Sequence record: NC_107013.1
Source: a phage
DNA length: 41,265 nt
Strand: one strand, 5' to 3'
The notes beneath the pieces are model-generated. The model searched no databases. It was not told where the DNA came from and saw only the letters and a program-made list of their open reading frames with translations. Below are positions 8,428-17,256 of the stretch, piece after piece (the first letter of the stretch is position 1; each line of letters starts with the position of its first letter). The position numbers and the translations under genes are program-made.

Positions 8428-8473
8428 GTTGGAATAATTTATTCTTGACATGTAAATCCGGGTGGCCCGGATT
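8428..8473 (+). promoter_or_regulatory. Regulatory region: palindrome GAATAATTTATTC, -35-like TTGACA, then perfect inverted repeat AATCCGGG-TGG-CCCGGATT
   Basis: Inverted repeats read directly; no good -10 at the expected spacing. Confidence 0.3.
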
Positions 8474-8495
8474 CCAACGTCCAGGGGACATACTG

Positions 8496-9122
8496 ATGAG
8501 CGAAGAAGTGAAAGACGAAACTATCGAACAACAAGAGACTAAGACCACGTTTACCAAAGAAGAAGTTGACGCGCTGGTATCCGGTCTTAAAGCTAACAAC
8601 GAGAAGCTCTTGTCTGAAAAGAAAGCTGCTGCCGCTGCTGCGAAAGAAGCCGCAGATGCGAAGCTGAAAGCCGAACAGGAACGCGCAAAACAGAACGGCG
8701 AACTTGAGGCATTCGAGAAAACGTTGCGCAGTCAGTATGAGCCAGTACTCGCCGAGAAAGACGGTAAGATTAGCAAAATGGCTGAGCGTATCCTCGGCGC
8801 AGAACGTAAATCAGTTATCAGCCAGTTGTCTGGCATGTTGATTGATGAGAGCGCAGCGGATATTATCGCTATGATGGTCAAGACCGAATTTGACGGCGAT
8901 GACGTTGTGACCAAGTTCACAGGTGCAGATGGTAATGTCATCACCACCGACGCAGAGCAATTTAAAAAGTATCTGCGTGAGCACAAAGCATTTTCGCATC
9001 TGATTAAAGCAGATGCAGCAACCGGCGGCGGGGCTTCCGGTAACAAAAATTCTACTGGCGGGGCCGGTGGTGCGGACGTAATCCAGCAAAAACTTAACGC
9101 CAAATACGGCAAACGAGGATAA
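8496..9122 (+). CDS. Scaffolding protein (putative)
   Basis: Acidic, Ala/Lys/Glu-rich ORF directly upstream of the major capsid gene. Confidence 0.55.
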   Translation: MSEEVKDETIEQQETKTTFTKEEVDALVSGLKANNEKLLSEKKAAAAAAKEAADAKLKAEQERAKQNGELEAFEKTLRSQYEPVLAEKDGKISKMAERILGAERKSVISQLSGMLIDESAADIIAMMVKTEFDGDDVVTKFTGADGNVITTDAEQFKKYLREHKAFSHLIKADAATGGGASGNKNSTGGAGGADVIQQKLNAKYGKRG

Positions 9123-9128
9123 CAGAAT

Positions 9129-10097
9129 ATGTCTCTGTCAGATATGAAGGTTTATAACGACGATATCGTCGGTACCACTATCGAACTGCTTGGTCAGAAA
9201 ACTGACCAGTTTAACGCAGCCTCCGGTGGCGCAATTGTACTGTCTACCGCTTCATGGCGCGGTGACTTCTCCCGTGAGTCTTTCTTTAACCAGATTGCCT
9301 CCGCTAAACGCCGCGTTGACCGTTACGCCGCTATCGCGTCTCAGGCAGCTACCGCGCTGACTCAGGGCGAGCGTGTAGGCGTTAAAGTCGCTGGCGGCTT
9401 CGGACCGGTACTGTTCGAGCCTGCGCAAATGACCTGGCTGAACGAAGACCCGGCGAGCGCGATTCGTGCTATCTCCGAAGGGTTCTCTGACGCACTGTTA
9501 GCTGACCAGCTTAACACCGCTGTTGGTGCCGCCGTTGCCGCGGTATCAGGTCAGACTGCACTGGTTAACGATGTATCCGCGACCGCTGGCTTGTCCCTGA
9601 ACGTGCTGAACAACAGCCACGCTAAATTCGGCGACCAGTCTCAGTTGTTGGTCACTGACATCATGACCGGTGCTGCTTATCACACGCTGGTAGATAAAGC
9701 GCTGACTAACGCGAACCAGCTGTTCGTTGCCGGTAACGTTATGGTTGTCGATGTTCTCGGCAAGCGTTACGTAATCTCTGACATTCCTGCGCTGTACGAG
9801 GCCGGTACTCCGAACAAGACTAAGGTTCTGTCCGTAGTTGCGAACGGCATCATCGTTGATAATGCTTCTGACATTATCAGCAACATTGACACCAGCAACG
9901 GTAACACCCGCATCCAGACCACCTGGCAGGCGGACTACAGCTTCGGCCTGAAACTGAAAGGCTACAGCTGGGACGTTACCAACGGCGGTAAATCTCCGCT
10001 GGACGCAGAACTGTTCACCGCGACTAACTGGGACAAAGCTGTTGCCGAGAACAAGCACACCCTCGGTACTCTGGCAATCGCCGACGCAGACCTGTAA
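9129..10097 (+). CDS. Major capsid protein
   Basis: 322-aa ORF after scaffold, followed by a strong terminator. Confidence 0.7.
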   Translation: MSLSDMKVYNDDIVGTTIELLGQKTDQFNAASGGAIVLSTASWRGDFSRESFFNQIASAKRRVDRYAAIASQAATALTQGERVGVKVAGGFGPVLFEPAQMTWLNEDPASAIRAISEGFSDALLADQLNTAVGAAVAAVSGQTALVNDVSATAGLSLNVLNNSHAKFGDQSQLLVTDIMTGAAYHTLVDKALTNANQLFVAGNVMVVDVLGKRYVISDIPALYEAGTPNKTKVLSVVANGIIVDNASDIISNIDTSNGNTRIQTTWQADYSFGLKLKGYSWDVTNGGKSPLDAELFTATNWDKAVAENKHTLGTLAIADADL

Positions 10098-10116
10098 CAC
10101 GGTTAGTAGTAAAAAC

Positions 10117-10139
10117 AAAGGGGCTTCGGCCCCTTTTTA
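10117..10139 (+). terminator. Strong rho-independent terminator after the capsid gene
   Basis: GGGGC-TTCG-GCCCC hairpin plus TTTTT. Confidence 0.7.
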
Positions 10140-10155
10140 CTAGGAGAAATTAAAG

Positions 10156-10323
10156 TGGAAATTAAATACGTACCAATGCCAATTACCATCGAGCAGAAGC
10201 GCGAGTATAACCGTCAGGGGTTCCGTGTGGTAGATGCTCGTTTCGCACCAGAAGGCACCGTGGTAGAATCGGCTAAAGAAGAGACACCACGCCGCCAGCG
10301 CCGGGCGAAATCAGAGGAATAAT
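10156..10323 (+). CDS. Hypothetical small basic protein
   Basis: AGGAG RBS then GTG; ORF below the 60-aa track cut-off. Confidence 0.3.
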
Positions 10324-10325
10324 TT

Positions 10326-10838
10326 ATGCCGCTAATCGTGGAAGATGGGTCGATAGTACCTGATGCCGACAGTTACGTTAGTCTGGCCGACGCCCGCGCG
10401 TTAGCGGCTAATTACGGTCTTGTGTTGCCGGCAGACGATACCGCCGCAGAGGTGGCCCTGCGCAACGGTGCTACTTATGTTGGGCTTGCAGAACCTCAGA
10501 TGTGCGGGCGTCGCGTATCCGCTGAACAGTCTCTGGCGTACCCACGTACAGGAACAACACTAAACGGCTTCACCGTAGCGGATAATGTTATCCCGTCGCA
10601 GTTAATCCGGGCACAAGTAATCGCTGCGGTTACGTATGGTGCGGGTACCGATGTTCGGGCTAACTCAGATGGGCGTTCCGTGCAGACTGAGCGTGTTGAG
10701 GGTGCTGTGACAGTGACATACTTCAACAACGGCAACAGTGGCGCCACAACCGCTATTACCGCTGCGGACGACGCATTACGCCCGTTACTGTGTGGTGGTC
10801 TTAACAATGGCTTCTCGTTTAACGTGTACCGGGGTTAA
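10326..10838 (+). CDS. Head-tail connector / head completion protein (putative)
   Basis: GAGGA RBS; position immediately after the capsid gene. Confidence 0.45.
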   Translation: MPLIVEDGSIVPDADSYVSLADARALAANYGLVLPADDTAAEVALRNGATYVGLAEPQMCGRRVSAEQSLAYPRTGTTLNGFTVADNVIPSQLIRAQVIAAVTYGAGTDVRANSDGRSVQTERVEGAVTVTYFNNGNSGATTAITAADDALRPLLCGGLNNGFSFNVYRG

Positions 10839-10840
10839 AA

Positions 10841-11455
10841 ATGGCGAAGACTAAAACAGAGATGTTCACCCTTATCGGGACAAATCTCGCCGATAATACA
10901 ACTGGCGCTATAACCCCTGAGTTGTTGCGCGAGGTAAATACCCAGTTAGCGGACTCCATGCTTTACGCTGCATCCGGTGTTAAAGAGGTAGAAGTTCTCC
11001 GTGCCACGTCAACCGTGGCGCAAGCGCCTACCGCAGTAGATACAGCGTTACAGTTAACTTTCGGGGCTGCGCAGGGAGGCGCGTCTAACCCGGTAATGAT
11101 TAATGCCGCAGGGCTTGTTACATTCAACACCGCGGGTAACTACGCCGTTCGCATCAAGTTACAGGCGAGGCGTACTGGCGCTAGTGGGACATCAATCCTG
11201 CTATCACGTATTTTAGTAAACGGTGCTCAGTACGGCTCTCCCGCAGCAACTAAGCTGGTAAGCGCCGACATAACAATTCCTATTGAGTCCCGCGTTGTTA
11301 TTAGCCCAACCGCAGGCCAGACGTTTGCCGTTCATATTATGCGGGATAGCTCCGGGGCTAACTTTGGTGGCGTATATCCGCAAGTTGCTACCGTAACCGC
11401 ATGGGGTACAGCACCATCCGCATTACTGGTTATTTCGAGACTGGAGGCCGCTTGA
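10841..11455 (+). CDS. Virion structural protein (unknown role)
   Basis: Coupled to the upstream gene in the structural operon. Confidence 0.4.
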   Translation: MAKTKTEMFTLIGTNLADNTTGAITPELLREVNTQLADSMLYAASGVKEVEVLRATSTVAQAPTAVDTALQLTFGAAQGGASNPVMINAAGLVTFNTAGNYAVRIKLQARRTGASGTSILLSRILVNGAQYGSPAATKLVSADITIPIESRVVISPTAGQTFAVHIMRDSSGANFGGVYPQVATVTAWGTAPSALLVISRLEAA

Positions 11456-11549
11456 TGAATAAGTTCACATGTGGTGTAGTTTTTGGTTTTCTTACCGCGG
11501 TAGTCTTGCACAGTTACGGTGTTCTTTTGACGCTGCAAGAGGTGCTAAA

Positions 11550-11909
11550 ATGAGCACCGCTTTCAGTAAACGTATGCAAGGCGTGGGTACGCGCCTGCTA
11601 ACCAAATTCGGTAGCACGGTATCTCTGATTCGCGCTGGTTCAAAAGTATGGGATGAAGTTCTCGGTGAGTACGTCTGGTCTGCGGATGAAGTGTTGCCGT
11701 TGAAGGCCGTTCCGGTTCCGGTAAACGCGGGACTGGTAAACGGTACGACGATTCAGGCTGGCGACATGATTGTTAAAGCCGATTACAGCGTCGTTCCGAA
11801 GATGGAAGACAAGGTGCAATTCGGCGGCGAGCAATGGTCCATCGTAGCTATTGAGAAGAAGATGGTTAACGATGACGTCGTGGCGTACTTTATTCAGGTG
11901 AGAAAATGA
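11550..11909 (+). CDS. Head-tail joining protein (putative)
   Basis: AAGAGG RBS before ATG 11550. Confidence 0.4.
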   Translation: MSTAFSKRMQGVGTRLLTKFGSTVSLIRAGSKVWDEVLGEYVWSADEVLPLKAVPVPVNAGLVNGTTIQAGDMIVKADYSVVPKMEDKVQFGGEQWSIVAIEKKMVNDDVVAYFIQVRK

Positions 11910-12301
11910 GTTTCGCGCTCGATGTCTCTAAGTTCGTGGAAAAGGCGAAGAAGAACCCTGAGAAGGTGATGCGTCGGGTGTCTATCAAGCTGTTTTCCGC
12001 TATTATAAAGGCGAGTCCGGTAGACACGGGCCGCTTTCGTATGAACTGGATGGCATCTGGCGGTACTCCTGCTTCCGGGATTACGGACGCTACGGATAAA
12101 TCAGGAAACACAGCAACCGGAAACGCTACGAGTTTCGTGCTGAAAGCCGCTGACTGGCATGAGTTCACGCTGACAAATAATCTGCCGTATGCGCAACGGC
12201 TGGAGTATGGTTGGTCGCAACAGGCGCCAGCCGGGGTTGTCAGGACTAATGTGTCTCGCTTCCAGCAACTCATTAACGAAGAAGCCAACAAGGTGAAATG
12301 A
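11906..12301 (+). CDS. HK97 gp10-like head-tail joining / tail completion protein
   Basis: Motif PVDTGRFRMNW resembles the HK97 gp10 family signature; ATGA coupling. Confidence 0.45.
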   Translation: MSFALDVSKFVEKAKKNPEKVMRRVSIKLFSAIIKASPVDTGRFRMNWMASGGTPASGITDATDKSGNTATGNATSFVLKAADWHEFTLTNNLPYAQRLEYGWSQQAPAGVVRTNVSRFQQLINEEANKVK

Positions 12302-12714
12302 TGGGCTACTTTGAGGACTTAACAAAAGCGTTCGATGTTCCGCTGGTAGCCTTCGGAACCGCCAACGGCATCAAGGTCGCGCTTGAAAACATCGACGCGC
12401 CGACGTCAACCGATACGCCATATCTGGCAAGTTACATGTTACTGGCGGATACCGAGCAAGCAGATTTGTTCTTCACGGAACAACGCGCGGGTGTTTATCA
12501 GGTCGACATTAACTACGCATCGGTGAAAGGTAGCGCGCCAATCAATAAAATGGCAGACTTACTTAACACGGCATTCAAAGCAGGTAAGTCATTTTCTCGT
12601 AACGACATCTGCGCCGAGGTTCAATCGGTTAGCCTGGGGCCGCTGATTGTAGAAAACGGATGGGCCAAACGACCATTGTCAATTAACTTTATTGCATTCA
12701 CCAAGAGGCTGTGA
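12298..12714 (+). CDS. Tail terminator / tail completion protein (putative)
   Basis: Position before the major tail gene. Confidence 0.4.
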   Translation: MMGYFEDLTKAFDVPLVAFGTANGIKVALENIDAPTSTDTPYLASYMLLADTEQADLFFTEQRAGVYQVDINYASVKGSAPINKMADLLNTAFKAGKSFSRNDICAEVQSVSLGPLIVENGWAKRPLSINFIAFTKRL

Positions 12715-12716
12715 AT

Positions 12717-13883
12717 ATGGCTACAACTCCTTTTAAGGGCGCGAATACTGCGCAATTCTATGTGGCAGAAACTACCCCCGGCGTAACACCGACTAACCCG
12801 GTCTGGTCGCCATTGCGTAACACAGGTGGCGTTCCTGCCATTACCCGCGACACGCTGACCTCCAACGAACTGGACGGCAGCCGTGAAACTACGTCAATCC
12901 GCACCGGTAACAAGCAGGTTAGCGGAGAATACGCTATTGAGCTTAGCTCGAAAAGCCAGGACGACTGGCTGGCGGGTGCTTTAGGCTCTACATGGCAATC
13001 CGGTAGTTCTCTGACCGGGCTATCAATTACCGTCGCGCCTGCAGGCAAGACCTTTACCCGTGCCGAAGGTAGCTTTATTTCTGACGGCGTTGAAGTGGGC
13101 GACCTGATTGCGTTTACCGACTTAACCGGTGACAACGCAAAACCGTTTATCGTAACTGCAGTAGAGGCGCTGGTAGTGACCGGGGCGGGTATCCAGCATA
13201 CCCTGACCACAGAGACAGTAACTACCGCCGCTAAGACAGGGGATAAACTGGAAACGGGAAGCCAGTGCAAGACGTTCTCTATTCTCACCTGGTACAAAGG
13301 CCAGTGCGGCGGGACTGACGCGTACACACTAACCAAAGGCGTGGAAGTTTCTGGTTTTACCATCGAACAGGCTGTTAACGCTATGGTAACTGGCAGCTTC
13401 CCGTTCATCGGTCGCAGTCAGGAGATTCTCACCACGCAGCCGTCTGGTTCTGATTTCTCCTCTGTTACGTTTGGTGACGAGCCATTCTCCTCGGTCGATG
13501 TTTCTGTGTTCGACGGTTCTACGCCGTTGCGTTGCGACAGCCTGACCATCACCAACGACAACAGCGCGTCCGCACAGTTCGAACTCGGCAACACTAACGT
13601 AGCGTTTGTGGAGCGTAGCCGAGCAGCTAACACCTTCTCCATCTCCGGTAAGCTGTACGACATGGCGATGATTCAGAAGTTTATCAACGAGCAGCAGGTG
13701 GAGATTAACTCTATTCTGGCTGGGGTAAACGGGGCTATGTCTTTCAGTTTGAAACGTGCAGAACTTACGGCGGTTACACCTGAGATTGGAGGACCTGAGT
13801 CAATCACTCAGTCTATTGAAGGTCAGGCTACTGGCAACCAGTACCAGTCGTCTATTGTTATTCAGCGTATCACATACGCATAA
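12717..13883 (+). CDS. Major tail protein (putative)
   Basis: AGAGG RBS before ATG 12717; Thr/Ser/Gly-rich 389-aa ORF at the expected position. Confidence 0.55.
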   Translation: MATTPFKGANTAQFYVAETTPGVTPTNPVWSPLRNTGGVPAITRDTLTSNELDGSRETTSIRTGNKQVSGEYAIELSSKSQDDWLAGALGSTWQSGSSLTGLSITVAPAGKTFTRAEGSFISDGVEVGDLIAFTDLTGDNAKPFIVTAVEALVVTGAGIQHTLTTETVTTAAKTGDKLETGSQCKTFSILTWYKGQCGGTDAYTLTKGVEVSGFTIEQAVNAMVTGSFPFIGRSQEILTTQPSGSDFSSVTFGDEPFSSVDVSVFDGSTPLRCDSLTITNDNSASAQFELGNTNVAFVERSRAANTFSISGKLYDMAMIQKFINEQQVEINSILAGVNGAMSFSLKRAELTAVTPEIGGPESITQSIEGQATGNQYQSSIVIQRITYA

Positions 13884-13887
13884 AACT

Positions 13888-13912
13888 AAGGCCCCGTTTG
13901 GGGCCTTTTTCT
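13888..13912. terminator. Bidirectional terminator at a convergent junction
   Basis: GGCCCC-GTTT-GGGGCC hairpin flanked by A-run upstream and T-run downstream; near-identical to 26459-26484. Confidence 0.65.
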
Positions 13913-14466
13913 TACAAACCTAATCTTAAAGCAATGCCTATAGCGTTCGATTTAACGTAACCCGGTATGATGTAGGTGTCATAATCTTTTACACCATTAA
14001 TATCGTACAGGTAACCGCGGCTGTCCCCTTCAAACGTATGGCCGTCTCTGTGCAAGCGGACGATTCTCACATCATGCCCCGCGGCAACGATAGGGGCTAC
14101 TTCGCTGGCGAACCCGCCATCAGACACCACAAAAACTTCGTCGCCGTCGGGCAAGTTTCCGGCAAGATACTTACCGAAATAATCATCACCGAATACCGGT
14201 TTAATGAATTGCTCGGAAATGGCAATCATGAACTGACGCCGAGACAACCCGTTAAGGAAACCCTCTGGCTTTTCTTTCCGCGCCCGGTCGTCGTAGCCGT
14301 CGAGAAACTCGCGGTAAGCATCCTGGCCTAACGCAGCCATAGCAATATTGAACATCGGATTCTTGAAACTGGCGACACCCTTCGCAAAGCCCATTTCTAC
14401 CAGCGCCCTAGCAAGTGTGTCTTTCCCGCAGCCCGCAGGACCATTAAGAATAATTACCTTAGCCAT
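13912..14466 (-). CDS. P-loop kinase, dNMP-kinase-like (T4 gp1-type GKDT motif)
   Basis: Walker A NGPAGCGKDT; TAATG coupling to upstream gene. Confidence 0.55.
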   Translation of the reverse strand: MAKVIILNGPAGCGKDTLARALVEMGFAKGVASFKNPMFNIAMAALGQDAYREFLDGYDDRARKEKPEGFLNGLSRRQFMIAISEQFIKPVFGDDYFGKYLAGNLPDGDEVFVVSDGGFASEVAPIVAAGHDVRIVRLHRDGHTFEGDSRGYLYDINGVKDYDTYIIPGYVKSNAIGIALRLGL

Positions 14467-14951
14467 TATTTATCACTCCCATGTGGTTTTAAGTGTGTAG
14501 AGTTCCCGTTACAGTCGTATTCAGTAACTGCGTGAGTGGTTATGCCGAGTTCGCGGAAATGCTTTATTACCGCTGGAGAGTCGTCGAATGCACACAAGAT
14601 TCTCTCCGGCCCAATAGCACGCAACACCTCTTCTTTAATTACGATGTCTTTTCTGTTGTCGTGTTTGCTGCGCATGATTAACTGATAAAATTCGACGCGG
14701 TGGCGCTGCAACCACATTCTGGTTTCTTTTTCCGCGTCATCACTACGGCCTGTTAAGATAATAACGGCATAGCGACGATTAAGGGCGTTACACAGTTCGA
14801 TGTTATCTTTAATGGGTGCATCGTCTTTGCACGCCATGTTAAATGGTTTCCACGCCCAGGTTTCGCCGTAGTTATCTTTCGGCAGCAGGTGTAAACGATG
14901 AGTACCATCTGCCAATGTCCCGTCTAAATCGAAAATCACAATATCTTTCAT
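14466..14951 (-). CDS. HAD-superfamily phosphatase
   Basis: N-terminal FDLDGTL motif; further HAD-like Asp motifs. Confidence 0.65.
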   Translation of the reverse strand: MKDIVIFDLDGTLADGTHRLHLLPKDNYGETWAWKPFNMACKDDAPIKDNIELCNALNRRYAVIILTGRSDDAEKETRMWLQRHRVEFYQLIMRSKHDNRKDIVIKEEVLRAIGPERILCAFDDSPAVIKHFRELGITTHAVTEYDCNGNSTHLKPHGSDK

Positions 14952-16078
14952 CCAAGCATCTCCGGTGAAATAGTTAAACGTGCGACCTCGCCATATTCGG
15001 CGCTATAAGTAATTACGTTTGCACTGCGGCCAGACATCCACCCACCGCGGGAGGCATATGCATCTTTAGCCGCGAGAGTGCGGTGTTGCTCAACAATCAT
15101 GTTACGGCTTTCTACAATCTTTTGGTGGTGCAGGTGACCCACGTGGGCGTAGCTGTAAACACTCTCGCCGAACGCTTTGCGGAACTTGGCGATCATAACC
15201 GGTTCGATAGCGTCGAATCGTGCTTTATGCCCATGATGGAAGAACAGCGTCGTTTTGCCGTGTTGCACCATCTTGTAAACATCCGGCGACGTATCGACGA
15301 ACACACGCGGCTCATTGTCGTACAGCGTACTAAACATCTCAGCTAACCAAATCATTCCGCTTTCGTCGTGGTTACCTTGCACGATAAGCAAGCGAACATT
15401 TTTATGTTTAACGAGAGCCATATCAATGACACGGCGGACCATACGAATCATGTAGCGTACAAGTTTCTGATAGCGGGTGTCAGCGTCAAGAACATGACCA
15501 CTGGCAGGTGTAACGGCGTCCAGACTATCGAAATGCGCAAGGTCGCCCAGCAGATTAATAACTCCTGTTCCGGCATCCGGTGCTTTCTGGAACGCTGCGT
15601 CGAACCAGCGGGAGAACAGGTCTTCCGCAATCTTCATGTCCCAGTCGTCTCCGCTCTCGTCAGCCCAGGCCAGCATACCGAGATGGAAATCAGACACAGT
15701 GTAAAGGTTGAGTAGATTGTCGTCTCGTTTGGCGCGAACGGCTTTAACAGGTGCAACTGGTGTAATCTCCGACTTCATGCCTTCGATTACGGCTTTCATC
15801 AATTCAACCTGACGTTCGGCATCGGTGTCGGTCTTAACCCATTGCAACTTGGTGTTGCCAAACTCATCCACCAGTGATGACGTTCCTTTAATCTTGTAGC
15901 CGTCCGGTACAAGGTAACTAACGTCACGCCCGTGGCCTACACCTTTCTTAGCCAGCTTCGCTTTACGGATACGAATAACGCGGTCGGAGATGCCGTATTT
16001 ACGGGCGATGTCGATATTCTTCATACCGGCGTTCAATTCTTCCTGTAACTGTTCGTCGGTTATTTTCTTCCTGGCCAT
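14948..16078 (-). CDS. Calcineurin-like metallophosphoesterase with N-terminal HTH
   Basis: Motifs DFH, GDLAHFD, GNHDE, HHGH, GHLHH; N-terminal NIDIARKYGISDRVIRIRK. Confidence 0.7.
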   Translation of the reverse strand: MARKKITDEQLQEELNAGMKNIDIARKYGISDRVIRIRKAKLAKKGVGHGRDVSYLVPDGYKIKGTSSLVDEFGNTKLQWVKTDTDAERQVELMKAVIEGMKSEITPVAPVKAVRAKRDDNLLNLYTVSDFHLGMLAWADESGDDWDMKIAEDLFSRWFDAAFQKAPDAGTGVINLLGDLAHFDSLDAVTPASGHVLDADTRYQKLVRYMIRMVRRVIDMALVKHKNVRLLIVQGNHDESGMIWLAEMFSTLYDNEPRVFVDTSPDVYKMVQHGKTTLFFHHGHKARFDAIEPVMIAKFRKAFGESVYSYAHVGHLHHQKIVESRNMIVEQHRTLAAKDAYASRGGWMSGRSANVITYSAEYGEVARLTISPEMLG

Positions 16079-16115
16079 GCTTATTCCTCGTGTTTAGGAT
16101 TTGTCCTATACTAGC

Positions 16116-16307
16116 TCACTTCTCTTTGACATTCGAGTTGCACGCCCAGATTAAGATAAATACCCACGGCAGCAGAACCCAACCAAGAAACAGATTAGCC
16201 ATGAATATCGCTAACTTCGCTTTATGGTTACGGAAGTACGCAACCAGGAAAGGCGCGAAATAAGCGAGCAGTGCAAACAGAATTAAGGAAACTGGTAAAC
16301 TGGACAT
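16116..16307 (-). CDS. Superinfection-immunity (Imm-like) small membrane protein
   Basis: Two TM segments with YF...N-LFLGW...LIWA pattern; AAGGGG RBS before internal ATG (16307). Confidence 0.55.
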   Translation of the reverse strand: MSSLPVSLILFALLAYFAPFLVAYFRNHKAKLAIFMANLFLGWVLLPWVFILIWACNSNVKEK

Positions 16308-16337
16308 TTTAAACCCCTTCATTGTTGGTGTAAGTGA

Positions 16338-16366
16338 ATAGTACCCTATTATATTGGGGTGTGCAA
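16338..16366 (-). promoter_or_regulatory. Class II promoter TTGCAC-N17-TACTAT with conserved spacer, upstream of the Imm-like gene
   Basis: 33-bp near-identity to the plus-strand promoter at 38351-38383. Confidence 0.5.
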
Positions 16367-16381
16367 GTAATGTGATAGAAT
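16354..16381 (+). promoter_or_regulatory. Putative promoter (TTGGGG-N16-TGaTAGAAT) for the tail operon, back-to-back with the minus promoter
   Basis: TG-extended -10; location upstream of the chaperone/tape-measure genes. Confidence 0.3.
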
Positions 16382-16474
16382 AAGTTTGCGCCTAGTGTCG
16401 CACACGAAAAGCGGGTGGTTCCCGTCTGGCGCATTTATCGTTAACCTGTAACCTCTTAACCAAAGGATTAAAGA

Positions 16475-16891
16475 ATGAAACTTTCTGATTTTTATTTCGA
16501 AGAGAAAGCACTGGTAGGCAAGAAGATGCCCATTCTGCTGCCAAACGGCGAAGACTCCGGTGAATGGCTTAACGTTGTAAGTCCCGATGCGGATGTCGCC
16601 GTTAAAGCGGGGCGTGCTTTCATTATTGCGTACCGTCGCGGACTGGCGCGTTTCGAAGAACTGGAAAAAGCCGCCAAAGAATCCGGCGACTATACTGAAT
16701 ATAACCTGGCTATTAACGAACTGGCGGAAGGCCTCAACCGGCAACTCGCGGCAGAAGTCGTAAACGGCTGGAGCTTTGATGAGCCTTTCTCTAAAGAAGC
16801 ATTTAACAAATTGCTGGACCAGTTCAAGGCATTAGGCACACAGGTAGCAGCGTTCCATAACGCTGAGCGCAAAGCATTACAGGAAAAGTAG
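16475..16891 (+). CDS. Tail assembly chaperone (putative, by position)
   Basis: AAAGGA RBS; acidic 138-aa protein two genes upstream of the tape measure. Confidence 0.4.
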   Translation: MKLSDFYFEEKALVGKKMPILLPNGEDSGEWLNVVSPDADVAVKAGRAFIIAYRRGLARFEELEKAAKESGDYTEYNLAINELAEGLNRQLAAEVVNGWSFDEPFSKEAFNKLLDQFKALGTQVAAFHNAERKALQEK

Positions 16892-16923
16892 ACGCGCTGT
16901 ACAGGTTCGCCACCTATGAGTTT

Positions 16924-17256
16924 GTGGATAAGCATAAAATCAGAGAGTTTGATTCTATAGCCGACGGACACGAACAGGCGCTTATCGCGATGGGTGTAAT
17001 CGATAAGAAAAAACGTGCAGCGCGACGGGGTGGGCCAGAATGCCCGCCCCTTTTTATATCCACCTTCGAGACGTACTGCGACATTAAGTTTACGCGACAC
17101 GTGCGCGAGGACGCTGTAGTATTGTTTGCAAGAGAATCCGTTACGTGGCAAGACCTGAAAGCCTATCTCGATGTTACGCAAAAACAGCTTAGCCTGTTCG
17201 AGATAGACATTATCATGGGCTTAGAAGCAATCTTTGAAGGTAGAAATCATGGCTGA
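16924..17256 (+). CDS. Hypothetical protein (possible second chaperone component); start uncertain
   Basis: ORF in -1 frame relative to 16475..16891; stop overlaps tape-measure start; no canonical slippery heptamer seen. Confidence 0.35.
   Translation: MDKHKIREFDSIADGHEQALIAMGVIDKKKRAARRGGPECPPLFISTFETYCDIKFTRHVREDAVVLFARESVTWQDLKAYLDVTQKQLSLFEIDIIMGLEAIFEGRNHG

Noticed and set aside
9546-10118. 190-aa minus-strand ORF inside the major capsid gene
   Set aside because: Antisense shadow ORF; the plus-strand gene has operon context and a strong terminator.
12758-13408. 216-aa ORF on the minus strand inside the major tail gene
   Set aside because: Antisense shadow ORF within a well-supported plus-strand gene; no RBS or coupling context.
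13912-14951. Firm assignment of kinase plus HAD phosphatase as a split polynucleotide kinase-phosphatase RNA-repair system
   Set aside because: The P-loop (GKDT) fits dNMP kinases better than Pnkp kinase domains and no RNA ligase is encoded; kept only as a hypothesis.
16867-16891. Programmed -1 frameshift joining 16475..16891 to 16924..17256
   Set aside because: No canonical slippery heptamer in the only window where both frames are open; left as two ORFs pending proteomic evidence.
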